Below are positions 11,410 to 25,219 of a stretch of DNA of 64,000 bases, one piece after another. Within the stretch, counting starts at the first letter, position 1, and each line of letters opens with the position of its first letter. The position numbers and the translations under genes were made by a program. This DNA is from Octopus sinensis (taxonomy: Eukaryota). The stretch is taken from assembly GCF_006345805.1 (NCBI RefSeq), contig NC_043004.1:39246001-39310000 (forward strand). Reading direction: 5' to 3'. Below the pieces are notes generated by a model. That model was not told the origin of the DNA, searched no databases, and was given only the letters and a program-made list of their open reading frames with translations.

Positions 11410-11739
11410 CATGTGCGCATAGCTGTTCAATACTATTCTGGGCTATCTTATCTTTGCATAGAGAAGGGCTCAGCTGGATGATGATGAACCGTTTGAGATG
11501 GTTTCTACGATGTCACTCAAGCTAAAGATTGTATTGTCTATTGCAGTAATCGAGTGTACGTGAACATAGAACAAAGGAATAAATGAATATGATAGGCATG
11601 TAACAGAAAAATGCAATGCAAAACGAAGAGAGAATAAAAGTATTAGGGCGTCTTAGCTCGTGTCAATTTTCCTATTGTTCGTGAAGAAGATCTTGAGGAA
11701 CCTCCGCAGACTTTCCTGTGTTTTCGACTTTCTCTCTAC

Positions 11740-13052
11740 ACTCAGCTACTTGTTTTTCTCTATCGTTCTCCATCTTCTCAAAATTGTTCTGTTATACATT
11801 CTGTTTCTGACAGCATCGATATGGCTATCTTGTTTCATAATTCAGCGAATATATTCGTCTTTGGTGATTTTAATATTCACCATGAAGAGTGACTTAAGTT
11901 TTCTCATAGCACTAGTCCATCTAGCATTGAAGTGTATAATTTTGCACTTTCTCAATCGTTCACACAACTCGTTGACTTTCCTACCCGCATTCCTGATCGC
12001 GATGACCAATCTTCCTCCTTCCTTGATCTCTTTTTTGGCATAAAATCCTGATATCTGGAAAGTTTGTCATGATTCTCCACCCGGGAGATGTGATCATGTT
12101 GTTTCAATTGACGTTTCACTGAATTGTTCTGCTGCCAAGGAGACCCCAATTCATTATACTCTATTCAGCTATGATCGTCGTGATGGGGGCAATTTTCGTG
12201 ACGTTCCTTGGACTGATATTTTTGCTAAAACTGCTGAGGCCTGTGCTGGGAAATTACTGCTTAGATTTTCCGCTGGTATTAATATCTTCATACCATCTCG
12301 CATTCCACACCATGGTTTTCTCCTGCTTATGCTATTGTAATTGCCCATCGTAATCATTTTTTCCATCAGTTTCAGCGGGATAATTCTGCAGTGAATAAAC
12401 AGCTTTTCACCAATGTTCGTAATCACTGTAGGACTGTTATTCGTGATGCTAAATCAGACTAGAAGCCGCATCCCAGAAAGTAGGCTCTCGTGACTTAAAA
12501 GCGTTAGATGTAATAATAAGTCTTCTATTCCTCCTTTATTCAACGGATCTGATTTTGACAACATTTAATGATAAAGCAGAGCTCTTTGCTCAACTCTTTA
12601 GTTCTGACCCTGTCCTCGATGACTCTGGTCATCAACTTCCTGTTACGCTGTTGTCATATTACTACTGCTAAGGTTGCGGCCTTTGTGGCAAGCAGCTGGA
12701 CTGATAGTATTCCAGTCATGGTTTTTCAGAAGTGCACTCATATGTTGTCTTCTGTCTTATCTAGGCTCTTCTGAAACTGTATCTCAGAACCTTGATTTTC
12801 TTCTATATAGAAATTCCCAACTGCTGTTTCTGTCTTTAAGAACTGTGGTGATCGATCTAATCCTCGTAATTATAGACCAATTAGTCTACTACCAATCATA
12901 TGTATGGTTTTTGAGTCCTTGATTAATGGCTATCATGTAAAATATCTTGACTCAATTTGTTTATTCGCCAACTTACAATATGTTTTCCACGGCGGACGGA
13001 CTACTGCTGATCTTCTCACTGTTATATCTGAGCGTGTCCATCGTACCTTGAA
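11740..13052 (+). pseudogene. Decayed LINE ORF2 fragment (APE endonuclease to start of RT), CR1/Jockey group
   Basis: LYRSPS, FGDFNIHH, QLVDFPTRIPD, LDLFL, CDH, then DRSNPRNYRPISLLPII.MVFESLIN and RTTADLLTVISERV; stops and frameshifts; cut off by (TA)n(TG)n. Confidence 0.88.
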
Positions 13053-13054
13053 TG

Positions 13055-13123
<69 letters not shown>

Positions 13124-13276
13124 TGTGTAATGATATGATTTATGAATAATTATATATCCTCCGATATTTTCGCTCTATACTCACATACGTTTCCTCAGTA
13201 ACACACCACCGAAATGCACATACATGCATACATATATATGTATCCGTGCATATGTCCGTCTATCTTTGTATATATG

Positions 13277-13320
<44 letters not shown>

Positions 13321-14364
13321 ATATATAATATATATATATATATAAATGTATATATATATATGTATGTATGTATGTAACTATATGTGTGTATACGTGTGAA
13401 TGTATACATGTGTATGTGCATGTCCATGTATGTATAAATGCATGTGCATATGTACCATAATATATGCATGCGCGCCAATGCGTTCCTTTTATTCGTAGGC
13501 ATATGCAAATATTCATTTTGGTTATATGCTGCTATTTTTCAATATATATGAATATCTATGCATTAGTATGCACACACAAACACATACATACACACACTAA
13601 CAAGCATACATACGCATTGACATAGACACATACAAACCAAACAAGATAGACATACGTATGTGTGTGTGTGTGTGTGTGTGTGAATATGCGTGTGTGCATG
13701 TATGAGTGTAAAGCGAAAATAATGTCACTATGCAGAAGAACATTGGCATATGCCAGAGATGTTTTCAAACGTGAGGGAGAAACGTTTATGTAGGTCATAA
13801 CCTTAACGTCTCCTGCTTTTAGCTTGGTATCTGTGATCACATTACATTTTCGGCAATAAAGATACGGGCAGTTTGTGGAATGATGGAGGGGAGAGGGCAT
13901 TTGGTTGAGGATGGGTATAAGTTATTTATCGCTTCTTCGTATTGCTGTTAGTGATGACCATATTTCTACTTTGGTGAGTTGTTTAGCCCAAGGTCAACTT
14001 CGAACAAGCACTTATAATCAAATGTATTTCGCTCAAAACAATTCGCATCTTTTCTTCAGACTGTTTATCCAGAACTATAAAATATAATGTGAACTTCCTT
14101 TGTGGAAGAGATAGTGTTCTCCAAGGTACATTTGGCTGCTTTTACAGTAAGTGGAGCAACCAAGTAAACAGTCTCCCCTTAACTCGGAGTTTTCAATGAC
14201 ATTGATCTTATTTGACGACTTTGGTTGAGCTTTTGGTTGCGAATTTTGGTGATGATATCGGTTTCAGTTCTTGCCCTTGTTGATTAGTCGCAGGTCAATC
14301 CGGATTCAGTAGACGAATGCTTAACCTCTTAGCAGTTAAACCTTACATATCCTGTCCAAATATT

Positions 14365-14728
14365 CTTTTCTTTTATTCTTTTATTTTTTTAACATGTTTT
14401 AGTCATATGACTGTAACCATACTGGAGCACCGCCTTAATGGGTTTTACTCGAAGAAAACAACCCCAGAACTTATTCTTTACAAGCCTAGTACCTATTCTA
14501 TCCGTATCTTTACCGGACCGCTAAGTTTAGGGGACATAAACACACAAACATTGGTTGTTAAGCGATGGCTGGTGGGAAACACAGACACAGAGACACACGT
14601 AAATATATATATTTCAGTTTCTATTTACCAAATCCACTCACTAGGCTTTGGTCAGTCCGAGGCTAGGGTGACTGAAACCGGAGCCATATGGTTGGGAAGT
14701 AAGCTTTGTACCACACAGCCATGCCTGT
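14365..14728 (-). mobile_element. SINE family A
   Basis: Reverse-complement head, body and tail motifs. Confidence 0.8.
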
Positions 14729-15998
14729 GCTTATATGTTTTATGCTCAAACTGGTTAATTGTGGCCTTTCCCACATACCCTACAATACCCTTGTAGAAAT
14801 ATATAATCACTTCATTGGCATTTCGAAATTACAAGCTAACACCGGATTAATTCAAAGCCAATGTGAATATAGTTATTGCCTTAGACAGAGTAACCTGAAT
14901 GCTAAAGAGTTAAATACATATTAACAACGAAGTGGCCATGGCCTAGTGACTAGTGTGCTGCACATAAGATCACAGTTTCAATTCCAGGACCCTGCGGCAC
15001 GTTGTATTCTTGAGCAAAACACTTAATTTCACATTGAACCATTCCAATGAGTAACCCTGTGACTGACCTGAGTCCCATTCAGGTGGAATTCTGTGATCTA
15101 AGTCAAGTATACACCATGGGAACCAGGTAGCCAAACTATGAGCACTGGGACATGTGGCAGTAAAATCCAACAACATGGGCACGTCTTTTATCTCACCGAA
15201 AAGCGAATTATCTAACGCTTCCTATATCTTTCAAGTAGTAGTGTGGGATCTGAAGGTCTGGCTGTTATTGCAGCTCAAATGACGTCAGAAAATTCCTTGA
15301 TATCTTCTTTCATGATGTCAGCACTGAGAGAGTTTATAACTCGACGACCTGATTATTTATAGTTAAATATCGTAGTTGTATTTATTATCATAATATTTTT
15401 TCCTTATTGATAAACTTTAGATAAACTCTAATCCAGCAAACCTATGATAATCTTTTCAACCATGTCTTAATCTTGTTTTCTGTTCCCTTTTCCCCACAGT
15501 CTTTTCCTTCTTAAGATGTTAATGTGTAATTTAAACAAATAGTTCGCCTCTATTTCTAGCTGGTTGAATGACAACAGAAATGGCTTCCAGCTGATTTCCT
15601 TTGAGTTCGACCGTTGTCCGAACGTTGATCATAATTTCTTGAGATTAATTATTTGATTTCTGATGTTCCCCTTCACTATATATTTATGGGGTATACGCTT
15701 ATATTTGTTCTTCATTTTTGTTATGTGGTCAATTGAATAGCGAATGCGATCCGCAAATTCATTGCTTCGTATACAACATGCTACTAGTTAAGATCATCCT
15801 ATATGGTTTCAAACACTAATTATCCTGATTTCATGCAAAACATGATCCAAAGTGTTATTAATATTATTAAAGTTTGATTTCAAGGAAGTTTGGCTATTAT
15901 TCCTAGCAGCTCAAACCACCGCGTAGATCATCCTCGCTTTATTATTTTAACATGATATGCACAGTTAAGGATGTCAGTGTGGTAAGAAGCTTGCTTCC

Positions 15999-18016
15999 GG
16001 TGAACAGGGAAGACGTCTAGCTTTTGAGCTCCGTCCTAAAAAGAAAAAAGAACAAAAACAGTGTTCTTCACGCACCTGTTAAAGTCGTCACGCTGGTATG
16101 CAGCTGGCGAAAGTTGAACTGAAAGACGCTCTACTGTAAAGTAAGACTTTTTGCTTTCTGAGTCCAGTAGGATTTGTTGCCTGTTGGTTTTATTTTTTTG
16201 AATAGGCAAGGAGTCCTTACTGGATTCGGAGCTTTTTGTCTGCCTTGCGGTGGAGACGTGTGTGTTATCTCACATAATTGTGAGAAATTGTATTTGAAAA
16301 TTTTTGTGCCCACGTGGATTAAAAGGATTGGCCAGGAGTACCTTTCGGCCGAAAATTTATTTCTTTGCCTGGATTTGAACTCTCTTTTCACAGCTATCAT
16401 TTAAATTTAAAATAAAAGAACTTTATTTGAACTGTTATTTTTATTTTTTTTCCTTTCTGTTGTGTCTTCTTTCTTTTTTTGTGTATCTTTCTTTATTTGA
16501 AAACGTATTGACGAACTATATTTGAACTTTTTATTTAAAAAAAATGGCAAAGGAAATATTAGTGTGGGAATTAACACCTCCCAAATCATGGCTAAAAGAG
16601 CTCGAAAGGAAGACGTTGGTGTTGAAGACTTATTCAAAGTCGCTCGATACCATAACCGTCTTCCCGAAAGCCTCAGTTTTCAAAGAGCTGGCAGAATACA
16701 TGCCAGCTATTAAATTTATTTCACGGGGAGTCAAATTTGCAACGGTCTGGTTGCTATTTGACTCCCCCAAAGAAGCTTGCGATTTTGCAAGCCGGCCCCT
16801 CAAGGGGAAAGAAATAATGTTTCTTCCCAGTTATTGTGGGAAGAAGTTAACGAGGGCTTGGGTTTGCGGCTTGCCACCCGGAATTGAGCCCGAGTGGATA
16901 GAGGACTCTATCCGCCGGGGTCTGGGTGGTAGCAGTACCAAGCTACTCAACGTAAAGATTTTGCCTGCGGCTAATTCGGAGGGGTCAAAAGCTATGTTGA
17001 CCCTATGGACCCAATCAGCCGAAAGTCTGGTTTTCCCAAATTTTTTGAGGATGGCCGGGTCTAGGTATCCGGTGATGCTCGAGGGACGCCCCCCCCCCTC
17101 AAGTGTCACCTGTGCCTGGAGACCGGCCACATCAAGAAAAATTGCCCCAAGGACCAAAATAGGATCCCGGAACAGTTAACAGAGGAACCACTCCCTGTTC
17201 CCTCAATGTAGGGAGAGAAGGAGGAGGATGTCGAGGAGGTTTCCACCTCCTCGAAAAAACGAAAGCGAAAGGTGGGCAACAATGGTTGCCCACCTTTGAA
17301 AAAAGGAGGACCTGCTGGACACAGCAAGGGAACACCACCCTCCTGCAGCCCAAGGGAAAAAGAAGAAAAAAGAAAAACGGGACATTGCCGGCGGGTCGTG
17401 ACGCGCTGCCAGCGTGTCCCGATTCTCCTTTGGCGGGTGTGCTGCTAGATGAGGAATTTTTGGTCCTCTTCCACAAGGGAGGAACCTTGCAAAATGAAAT
17501 CAAAAAAATTGCAAGGAAGTGCCGGTGGGAGGGACTTCTGTCCTACACGGAGGACCCTGAGTGGCCTTCGCAGGTGGCTGCGGAGGTCATATGGGAGAAC
17601 GATCTATGGAAGATAACGAACTCCTTCCCGAAGGACTCCTCGAGATTTATGTTAAAACCTTTAAGTTCGGAACGGACCAGGTGCTTCGATGAAGCGAGGA
17701 GCCTGGCCGGGCGGAAAAATTGAAGAGGTGTATTACCTCAAAAAGAGACTAAAAATGTAAAAAGTGAGAGGATTATTGCCTCGTGTTTGTGTTTTATTTT
17801 TAAATTTGAACTGTGTAAGAGGTGTATTGCCTCATTGTGTTTTTAAAAGAAAAAGAAAAAAAGAACAATGTCTTAGAGAAGCGAAAGTCGGCGGGTGCTT
17901 TTCGTCTTCTCCCATCCTTATCATCCATATATCATCATCATTCATCCCATTAATGTCTCTGTCTAGCCCTCAAGCTTCTCTCTGTGTGCTGCCCTTGTGG
18001 CAAATTTAATTAAATA
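15999..18016 (+). mobile_element. Complete ORF1-only (half-LINE-like) non-LTR element, Tx1/L1 type
   Basis: 15-bp TSD AAGAAG(C/T)TTGCTTCC (15984-15998, 18017-18031); about 545-bp 5' UTR, single broken ORF, about 290-bp 3' UTR ending at AATAAA; no EN/RT, no LTRs. Confidence 0.85.
16544..17723 (+). pseudogene. Tx1-like ORF1 (RRM-like region plus CCHC zinc knuckle), about 390 aa when repaired
   Basis: PSYCGKKLTRAWVCGLPP..., EGRPP, then a frameshift to KCHLCLETGHIKKNCP (C-x2-C-x4-H-x4-C, 17101-17148); TAG at 17209 is GAG in the second copy; a second frameshift precedes the C-terminal part. Confidence 0.85.
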
Positions 18017-18153
18017 AAGAAGTTTGCTTCCCAACCACTTGTTTACGATTCAGTCCCACTACATGGATCCTTGAGCAAGTATCTTCTCCTATAACCTCTG
18101 GCCGACTAAAACCTTGAGTGAATTTGGTAGACAGAAAGTGAAAGAAACCCGTC

Positions 18154-18214
<61 letters not shown>

Positions 18215-19299
18215 TATATATGTCTATATGTCTATATATATATGGAGAGAGACATATAGGTGTGTGCGCGAGTGTGTGTATGAACGTGTGTTTGTGAGTG
18301 TATGAGTGTATGTGTGTATGAGTGTGTGTGTGTATGTGTCTGTGTGTGTGTGTTTGTATGATAGAAGGTGCTCACCTGCAGACTCGTCCTAATATAGCTG
18401 ACATTCTCATCACATATTCAAGAGGATTTTTACCTTTCACAGTCAAAGTTTTAAACCTATCAAGTTCACCCTCAGGCTCACACACACAACTACATTGAGC
18501 AATCCTGAAAAACAACATTATCCGTTATTTATAGCACAATCTATCAAACTTGAGCTTCAGCAGGACCGTACGATAAGCACAAACCATCTAGTGTCTCTTG
18601 CTATGTTCACTGTATCTGCTAGAAATAGCAATCAGATTTCACGAACATAATCATACTTGCCCGGTTCGAGCTTAAAGAAAATCTAAACCGTAGCTTGATA
18701 CTAGTTATAGCAGCAAAATCTTCCTCAAATTACATCCTATCGAATTACATAGGGATGTACATGTTGAATAATGTCGTATATATGACTAAGAAAATTGTTG
18801 GCAATGGAAGGGGAATAATTTTAATTAGAAGTTGCTAAATTAGAGTTGACATGGAGTAGAACATCATCGATTACAAAATCCCTTCTGATATTTTATATTA
18901 GATAAAGACATCAAAGTCACGGTCAGAACGTCTTTTCTCACACCATGCATGCTTACGCTTTACTCATCACTAAATAACAACAATATCATACTACAAACAT
19001 ATACACGGAACAAGAATATCACATACGCTATACTAAAGTATCAACATTTATTAAGGACATCATATAAAGCTATATGATAATGTGTGTGTATATATGCACA
19101 TTTCTACAAATATACATACATACACAGAGAGATGTACATGTGAGTGTTTGTGTGTGTGTGTGTGTGTTGTGTGTGTGTGTGTGTGTGTATGTATGTGTCA
19201 GCGTGCGTGTGTGTGTGCTTGTACGCTGATATCGAAGAGTGAGCATGCGGATAAACATTTTTATTTGTGGATTAACAAGGCAACCATTGCTTTCGTACT

Positions 19300-19437
19300 G
19301 AGAGAAATTTCTCGGCAGTTATCAATCCTACCAAACGAAACGTTGGTACCCTTCTCCTTGAGGTATTCTCATTTAAAATGGAGATGAGTACCAACATTTT
19401 GTGTGGCAGGCTTGATAACGGTTGAGAGATTTCTCTC
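19300..19437. repeat. Imperfect inverted repeat (58-bp arms, 22-nt loop)
   Basis: GAGAGAAAT.TCTC...GTTATCAA...GTTGGTAC..TCTCC pairs with the reverse complement of 19380-19437. Confidence 0.75.
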
Positions 19438-19450
19438 GGCATTAATAAAG

Positions 19451-19502
<52 letters not shown>

Positions 19503-19542
19503 TGCGTGAAGGTGTGTCAGAGAAATATACATACATATAGAT

Positions 19543-19645
<103 letters not shown>

Positions 19646-19840
19646 TTTATATGAAGCTATAATGCTACGTATCAAACTGATTTAGTTTTAGCAGGAAAAC
19701 TTTATGCTTTTCAGTAGAGTATATATTTTAACAAATATTAATATTTCTAAGTCTCTTCAAAAAATCAAAAGTAGCTTCAATAGTCAAACTATCAGAAGAT
19801 ACCTCATTATGGCTGGTGAGCTAAAACTTAGAAGTTACTG

Positions 19841-19937
<97 letters not shown>

Positions 19938-20107
19938 CAAATAAATAATAACACGATGGATAATTGTTAGTTCATTATAACTGTTTCGTACGTATTTTTT
20001 AATAGAAGAATGAGAACATTATTTCATTATAGAAAAAAACGGTAATCATCGTTTTCAGCGGAATTTTAAAACAAAAGAATATCCCAAGAAGGGACAGTAT
20101 ATTAGGC

Positions 20108-20421
20108 GAAGACGCATGGTTTAATGGTTGTATTCAGGATCGTATGGTTGTGGTTTCGTTTCCAGGACCGTGCGACACCTTGTGTTCTTGTGCAAAACGC
20201 TTCATTTCATATTGCTCCAGTCCATTCAGCAAAAACGAGTAGTTTCTGTATTCCAAAGGGTCAGCCTTGTCACACCCTGTGCCATACTGAATCCTCCTAA
20301 GAATTAAGTCAGTGATACACATGTCTGTGGAGTGCTCAGCCACATGCACGTTAAGTTTCAGGAGCAGGCAGTTCCGTTGTTCGGATCAACTGGAACCCTC
20401 GTAATCGTAACCGACGGAGTA
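20108..20421 (+). mobile_element. SINE family C
   Basis: Decayed head, GTGTTCTTGTGCAAAACGCTT core, tail CGTAACCGACGGAGT. Confidence 0.85.
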
Positions 20422-20444
20422 CCATTTTATTAGCTCTAGCAAAG

Positions 20445-21142
20445 GACTGAAGTCCCTCTCATCGGCCCCTCCTTTCCATTTTCTTTATTTCGTTTTCTAT
20501 GGTTCCTCCTTTGTGGAAGAGGATCACATATTCATCTTCCAGCGGCACACCCGCCGGAGGAAAATTGGGACACGCCGGCAGCGTGTCACAACCCGCCGGC
20601 GATGTCCCGTTTTTCTTCTTTCTTTTTTCTTTTTCCCTTGGGCCGCAAGAGGGTGAGGTTCCTGTGACGCACGCAACAGGTCCTCCTTTTCTCCCGCAGC
20701 CCTCGGGTCTTCCGGTGGGCAACCATTGTTGCCCACCTTTCGTTTTCGTTTTTTTTTAGGATGTAGAAACATCCTCTTCATCCTCCTCCTTCTCTCCCTC
20801 CATTGAGGGAGCAGGGAGAGATTCCACTATTAACTGCTCCCGGATCCTATCTTGGTCCTTGGGGCAGTTTTTCTTAATGTGGCCGGCCTCCAGGCATAGG
20901 TGACACTTGGGGGGGGCGTCCCTCGAGCATCACCGGGTACCTAGTCCCGGCCATCCTCAAAAATCTGGAAAGACCAGACTTTCAGCTGGTTGGGTTCATA
21001 GGGTCAAAACAGCTTTTGAACCCGCCCAATCAGCCGCAGGCAACACTTTCACATTAAGCAGCTTGGTACTGCTACCACCCAGAGCCCGGCGGATAGAGTC
21101 CTCTATCCACTCGGGCTCAACTCCAGGTGGCAAACCGCAAGC
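20445..21142 (-). pseudogene. Second, internal fragment of the ORF1 element (equivalent to 16862-17543)
   Basis: Codon-by-codon alignment with copy 1, including the zinc knuckle KCHLCLEAGHIKKNCP. Confidence 0.9.
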
Positions 21143-22564
21143 TCTCAATAATTCTGTGGGTCAGTTGTTGGAGCACATTAATAAATTACTTTATGCCAAA
21201 CATTCCAGTGGCATTTGAAAATGGATTCGGGTGGTTTTTATCAGCAACATCATTGTTCCAGATAAAGGAATGGTATTTTATTATACGTATCACTTCATGG
21301 TTTGTAGAGTCTTCGTAATTGCTGGTTGTTGAAGTATTCTCTTTCTTTTTCGGAGCAATTCAGTCTTTGTGATATGGTTTTGTATGTCTGGGATGTGCAT
21401 TCACCAGAAGAGATTCTCAGTGATGAGGAAGTATGAATAGCATTTGTAGAAATTCTGACTGCTCTAGGTACAAACTGGTCTTATTTAGGGAGGGGGCAAT
21501 ATCGTGTCTTTATGCTGCAGAAGGATGGTTTGCAGCGCTTTTCACAGTTTTCAGCAGTAAGTAATTTCTGCTGTCTTATATATTTCACCCTAAGTGTCCT
21601 GGCTCTTTTGAAAGTGTAATGCCTCATTCACAGACACTACTAAAGGAAGTATTCTTACTTCAAAGAACGTTATTCATTATGTTTTCATAAAAAAAGAAAA
21701 AATTCAGAATCCACTATTTATCATAACTTCATCGAATACTTTTGTGTTATATTACAGTTATTTCTTTCAGTCTGTTCCCAGATATAGTCATGCACTGTAT
21801 TAGAACTATTGTACAAGTATTCTTATAGTTCATACTTCAAACATTGAGCTAATTCTTAAACAAATCACGTTTCAAAATATATCTTCTAGTACTGTAATAT
21901 AACCGTCGATATTTGCATAGTGAAACAGCATTAATATCATGGTTTTAGATTTCTATTTTCAATATTCTGTTTCACATTTATAAATATTCATTGTTTTGTA
22001 TGAATTTATGAGATTAGCAATACATTGTCTGTACTAAGTCGAAATAATCTCTTTATAATTATCTTTTCTGCTATGATTACTATAATTATTATTAATTTTG
22101 TATTAATAGCATTGATAAACTACAAGGTTCCTTGCTGTTTCTTTTTGGAGGCTTTTTAGTTTTCGGTCTTTTTTTTTTTTCAGAAAATCAAAAATCTATG
22201 CGAAAACAAACCAACAATCTCTATCGAAGATTCTTCCTAACAGCTATTTCAATACATATATTGACATAGAAAACTTATAAGAACAAATTTTTTCCTGAAT
22301 ATTATCATTATTCTAACGTATAGTTTCAGATAGTAATAAACGTTTTTTTTTTTTCCAGAATAGAAAAAAGATTACAAGCTACAAACCGAATCTAGAATTC
22401 AAAGCATCATCCGAATAATATTCAATATATTGATTCATTTGAAAAATAAGCATAGCATTGGTTACAACAAATGTAAAATTTATATTTAGTGAAATTCATG
22501 AAATTATTTCCCTATGGCAACGAGGATAACTTTGGAAAATACATCAGCTTTTTATGTATCAGCC

Positions 22565-22722
22565 ATGTATGTATCTTTGTATGTATGTATGTATGTATGT
22601 ATGTATGTATGTATGTATGTATGCATGTATGTATGTATGTATGTATGTATGTATGTATGCATGTATGTATGTATGTATGTATGTATGTATGTATGTATGT
22701 ATGTATGCATGCATGTATGTAT
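22565..22722. repeat. (TATG)n microsatellite
   Basis: Direct reading. Confidence 0.95.
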
Positions 22723-23267
22723 ATTCTCCAGATGCCCAACCAGCTACGTACTTGAGTTGAAGTGGAATCGGTGTTGAAATGGAGGCGTAGTGGACTTGTC
22801 ATGTCATAGCGTTGTGTAACTTCAGCATCATACATTACGTCTTAAGGAGACATAAATTCTGTAATCTTAGTAAGAGCGGTTTATCGTACTATGTAGTGAA
22901 TAAACAGCTAGCTTCTATGTATGCAATTCACTGACGCTTACAGCGTTGAGATAACTAAGAAATACCATGTGAAACCGGAGACACAACACTAAAGATCCAG
23001 CGACACGTAAACTAGGCATCCCAATGTTTGTGTGTTCACAATCACAACCTACTCTATGGAAAATTCGACACTAAAATTCATAGATACAAGCATATGAGAA
23101 ATGTATGAAATTCGGTTTTTGTAGGTTATACAAAAGTATTATTATAAAGTGCAAGAATAGGAATGCGTTCGTAAGAAAATATCTTCACATTATATACACC
23201 ATTATTGACTTAAAATGAAGGAGACGGAAATGGTTCGGTCCTGTAGTGAGAGACTAATTGCATAGTC

Positions 23268-23306
<39 letters not shown>

Positions 23307-24485
23307 TACACTTTAGGAAGAAATCGAATTTTGTCACACTGGGATAGATAGGTAAGTGCACCATTAGATCTACAGTGCAGAGAAGAGTTGCCATTTGGCA
23401 TGACGGTGTCCATACAACTCCATCTGGCATCTGAAGGACTATGACATGGTACCGTGTATATATATATAATATATATATATATAATATAATATATATATAT
23501 ATATATATATTGTTGCTATTATTTTAAACAGTCGTATGTCAAAATTTGGCCAAATGCGTTTTTTCTTTCAATATTTACTTTTGCTTGCAATTGTAGGTGC
23601 TTTTGGTCAAACTATCGTATTTCCAGCTGCTTCAGACTCCAAGATGTAAAAAAATTGTCAGTGTAGCACGACGGTTTTGTTATGGAATGGTAAAACTATT
23701 TTCTCATTTTCTGAAAAAAGAAGCGTATTGGACTTACAACACTTTTGCATAATAACAACGATATACATACAGAAAGAAAGACATACACACACACACACAT
23801 ATATCTGATGATGGCGTGTTTACATCGCCGTAACTTAGAGGTTCGGCAAAAGGAATCGATAGAATAAGTGCTAGGCTTACAAATTATAAAACGTGGGGGC
23901 GATTTCTTGGACTAAAGGCGGTGCTCTAGCATGGCGGCAGTCAAATGACTGACGCAGGTAAAAGAATGTGTGTGTGTGTGTGTGCTATTATTAAACAATG
24001 ATGTTGACTACGAGTTTAGCAGACGTGCACCCGAGGATGAGTAACGGTCCAATGATGTCTTAGCCAACCGAAACTTCCAAGTAACTGCCTAAAACATTCT
24101 TATTTGAGAATAATAAAATTTGTACTCTACAAAAATATAAAGCCGTCAGATTAATGTAAAATATTTTTTAAAAGAGTCAAGACTATTGAAAAGGTTGCAA
24201 GACGAAACGAAAATTTTAGAAAATAAAAATAAGAAATAAGTGGAAATTTTACCGGTGAGTGTGTTAAATAATAAGGCACTAAAAGAGAATGACTCTCCCC
24301 AGACACAACAGAATTTTTAGAAATATAATTGAACAAACGTTAACAGATAGATAGATACATAGATAGATATATACGTGCATACATACATAAATACATATAT
24401 ACATACACATAAGAGTGTATGCGTGAACCTGAGTGTGTACGTCTGTTTGTGTGTGTGCGTGTGTGTGCGTGCGTACGTGTGTGTG

Positions 24486-24519
<34 letters not shown>

Positions 24520-24793
24520 AGTGTGTGCGTGCGTGTACGAGGTATATGTGTAATATATTTTGCCGGAAATAACTGTGAATGCATGAATATTTATAGAAGT
24601 GTTAGATGTGCTTTTAATAACTTGTGTGGGATTCTTTTTTAGACTTCTAAGTGAGATTTATATATATATATACATATCTTCCGTTAGGTTATAAAAATTA
24701 ATGCTATTTTCTTAACACATGTCATAGCGGTACACCTCCACTCCATTTGCAAATTGGTGGAATGTCACGAAGTGTGAGAAATAAGTATTGTAC

Positions 24794-24824
<31 letters not shown>

Positions 24825-24926
24825 TAATATATATATATATTTACATATGTATATACGTATATGTATATCCTTGTTTATATAATATATACACATATAAGTG
24901 CGTGCATACACACGCACAACTATATG

Positions 24927-24970
<44 letters not shown>

Positions 24971-25183
24971 TAAATTAGAGATAAAACCACTATTAATAAT
25001 TTTGATATATATTTAAAATAATATAAATTAATTAATTGTATGTATTGGCTTAAGTTTTTCATTGTATGATTGCCTAATAGTGGTTTTATCTCTAATTTAA
25101 TATAATATAATATTTTGCTATAAAATGGATTCAATGCTAAATCTGATTTTTCCCTGTAAGTTTGGATTTATTCCCTAATATTT

Positions 25184-25217
<34 letters not shown>

Positions 25218-25219
<2 letters not shown>

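Larger units (their letters stand above)
15973..18155 (+). mobile_element. SINE family A head split by the 15999-18016 insertion
   Basis: GTGTGGTAAGAAGCTTGCTTCC (to 15998) resumes as ...TTGCTTCCCAACCAC...CAGTCCCACT (from 18017). Confidence 0.85.

Noticed and set aside
11460-11553. AG...GT-bounded open frame (a similar 35-nt one lies at 23317-23351)
   Set aside because: Expected by chance in 64 kb; peptides unrecognised.
13740-14310. Possible decayed coding sequence on the minus strand
   Set aside because: Multiple stops in all frames and no diagnostic motif.
15999-18016. LTR-retrotransposon gag interpretation of the CCHC ORF
   Set aside because: No LTRs, and a 15-bp TSD with an AATAAA end indicates non-LTR integration.
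21143-21600. Coding-like sequence abutting the second ORF1 fragment
   Set aside because: Interrupted frames with no recognisable domain; not homologous to copy 1.
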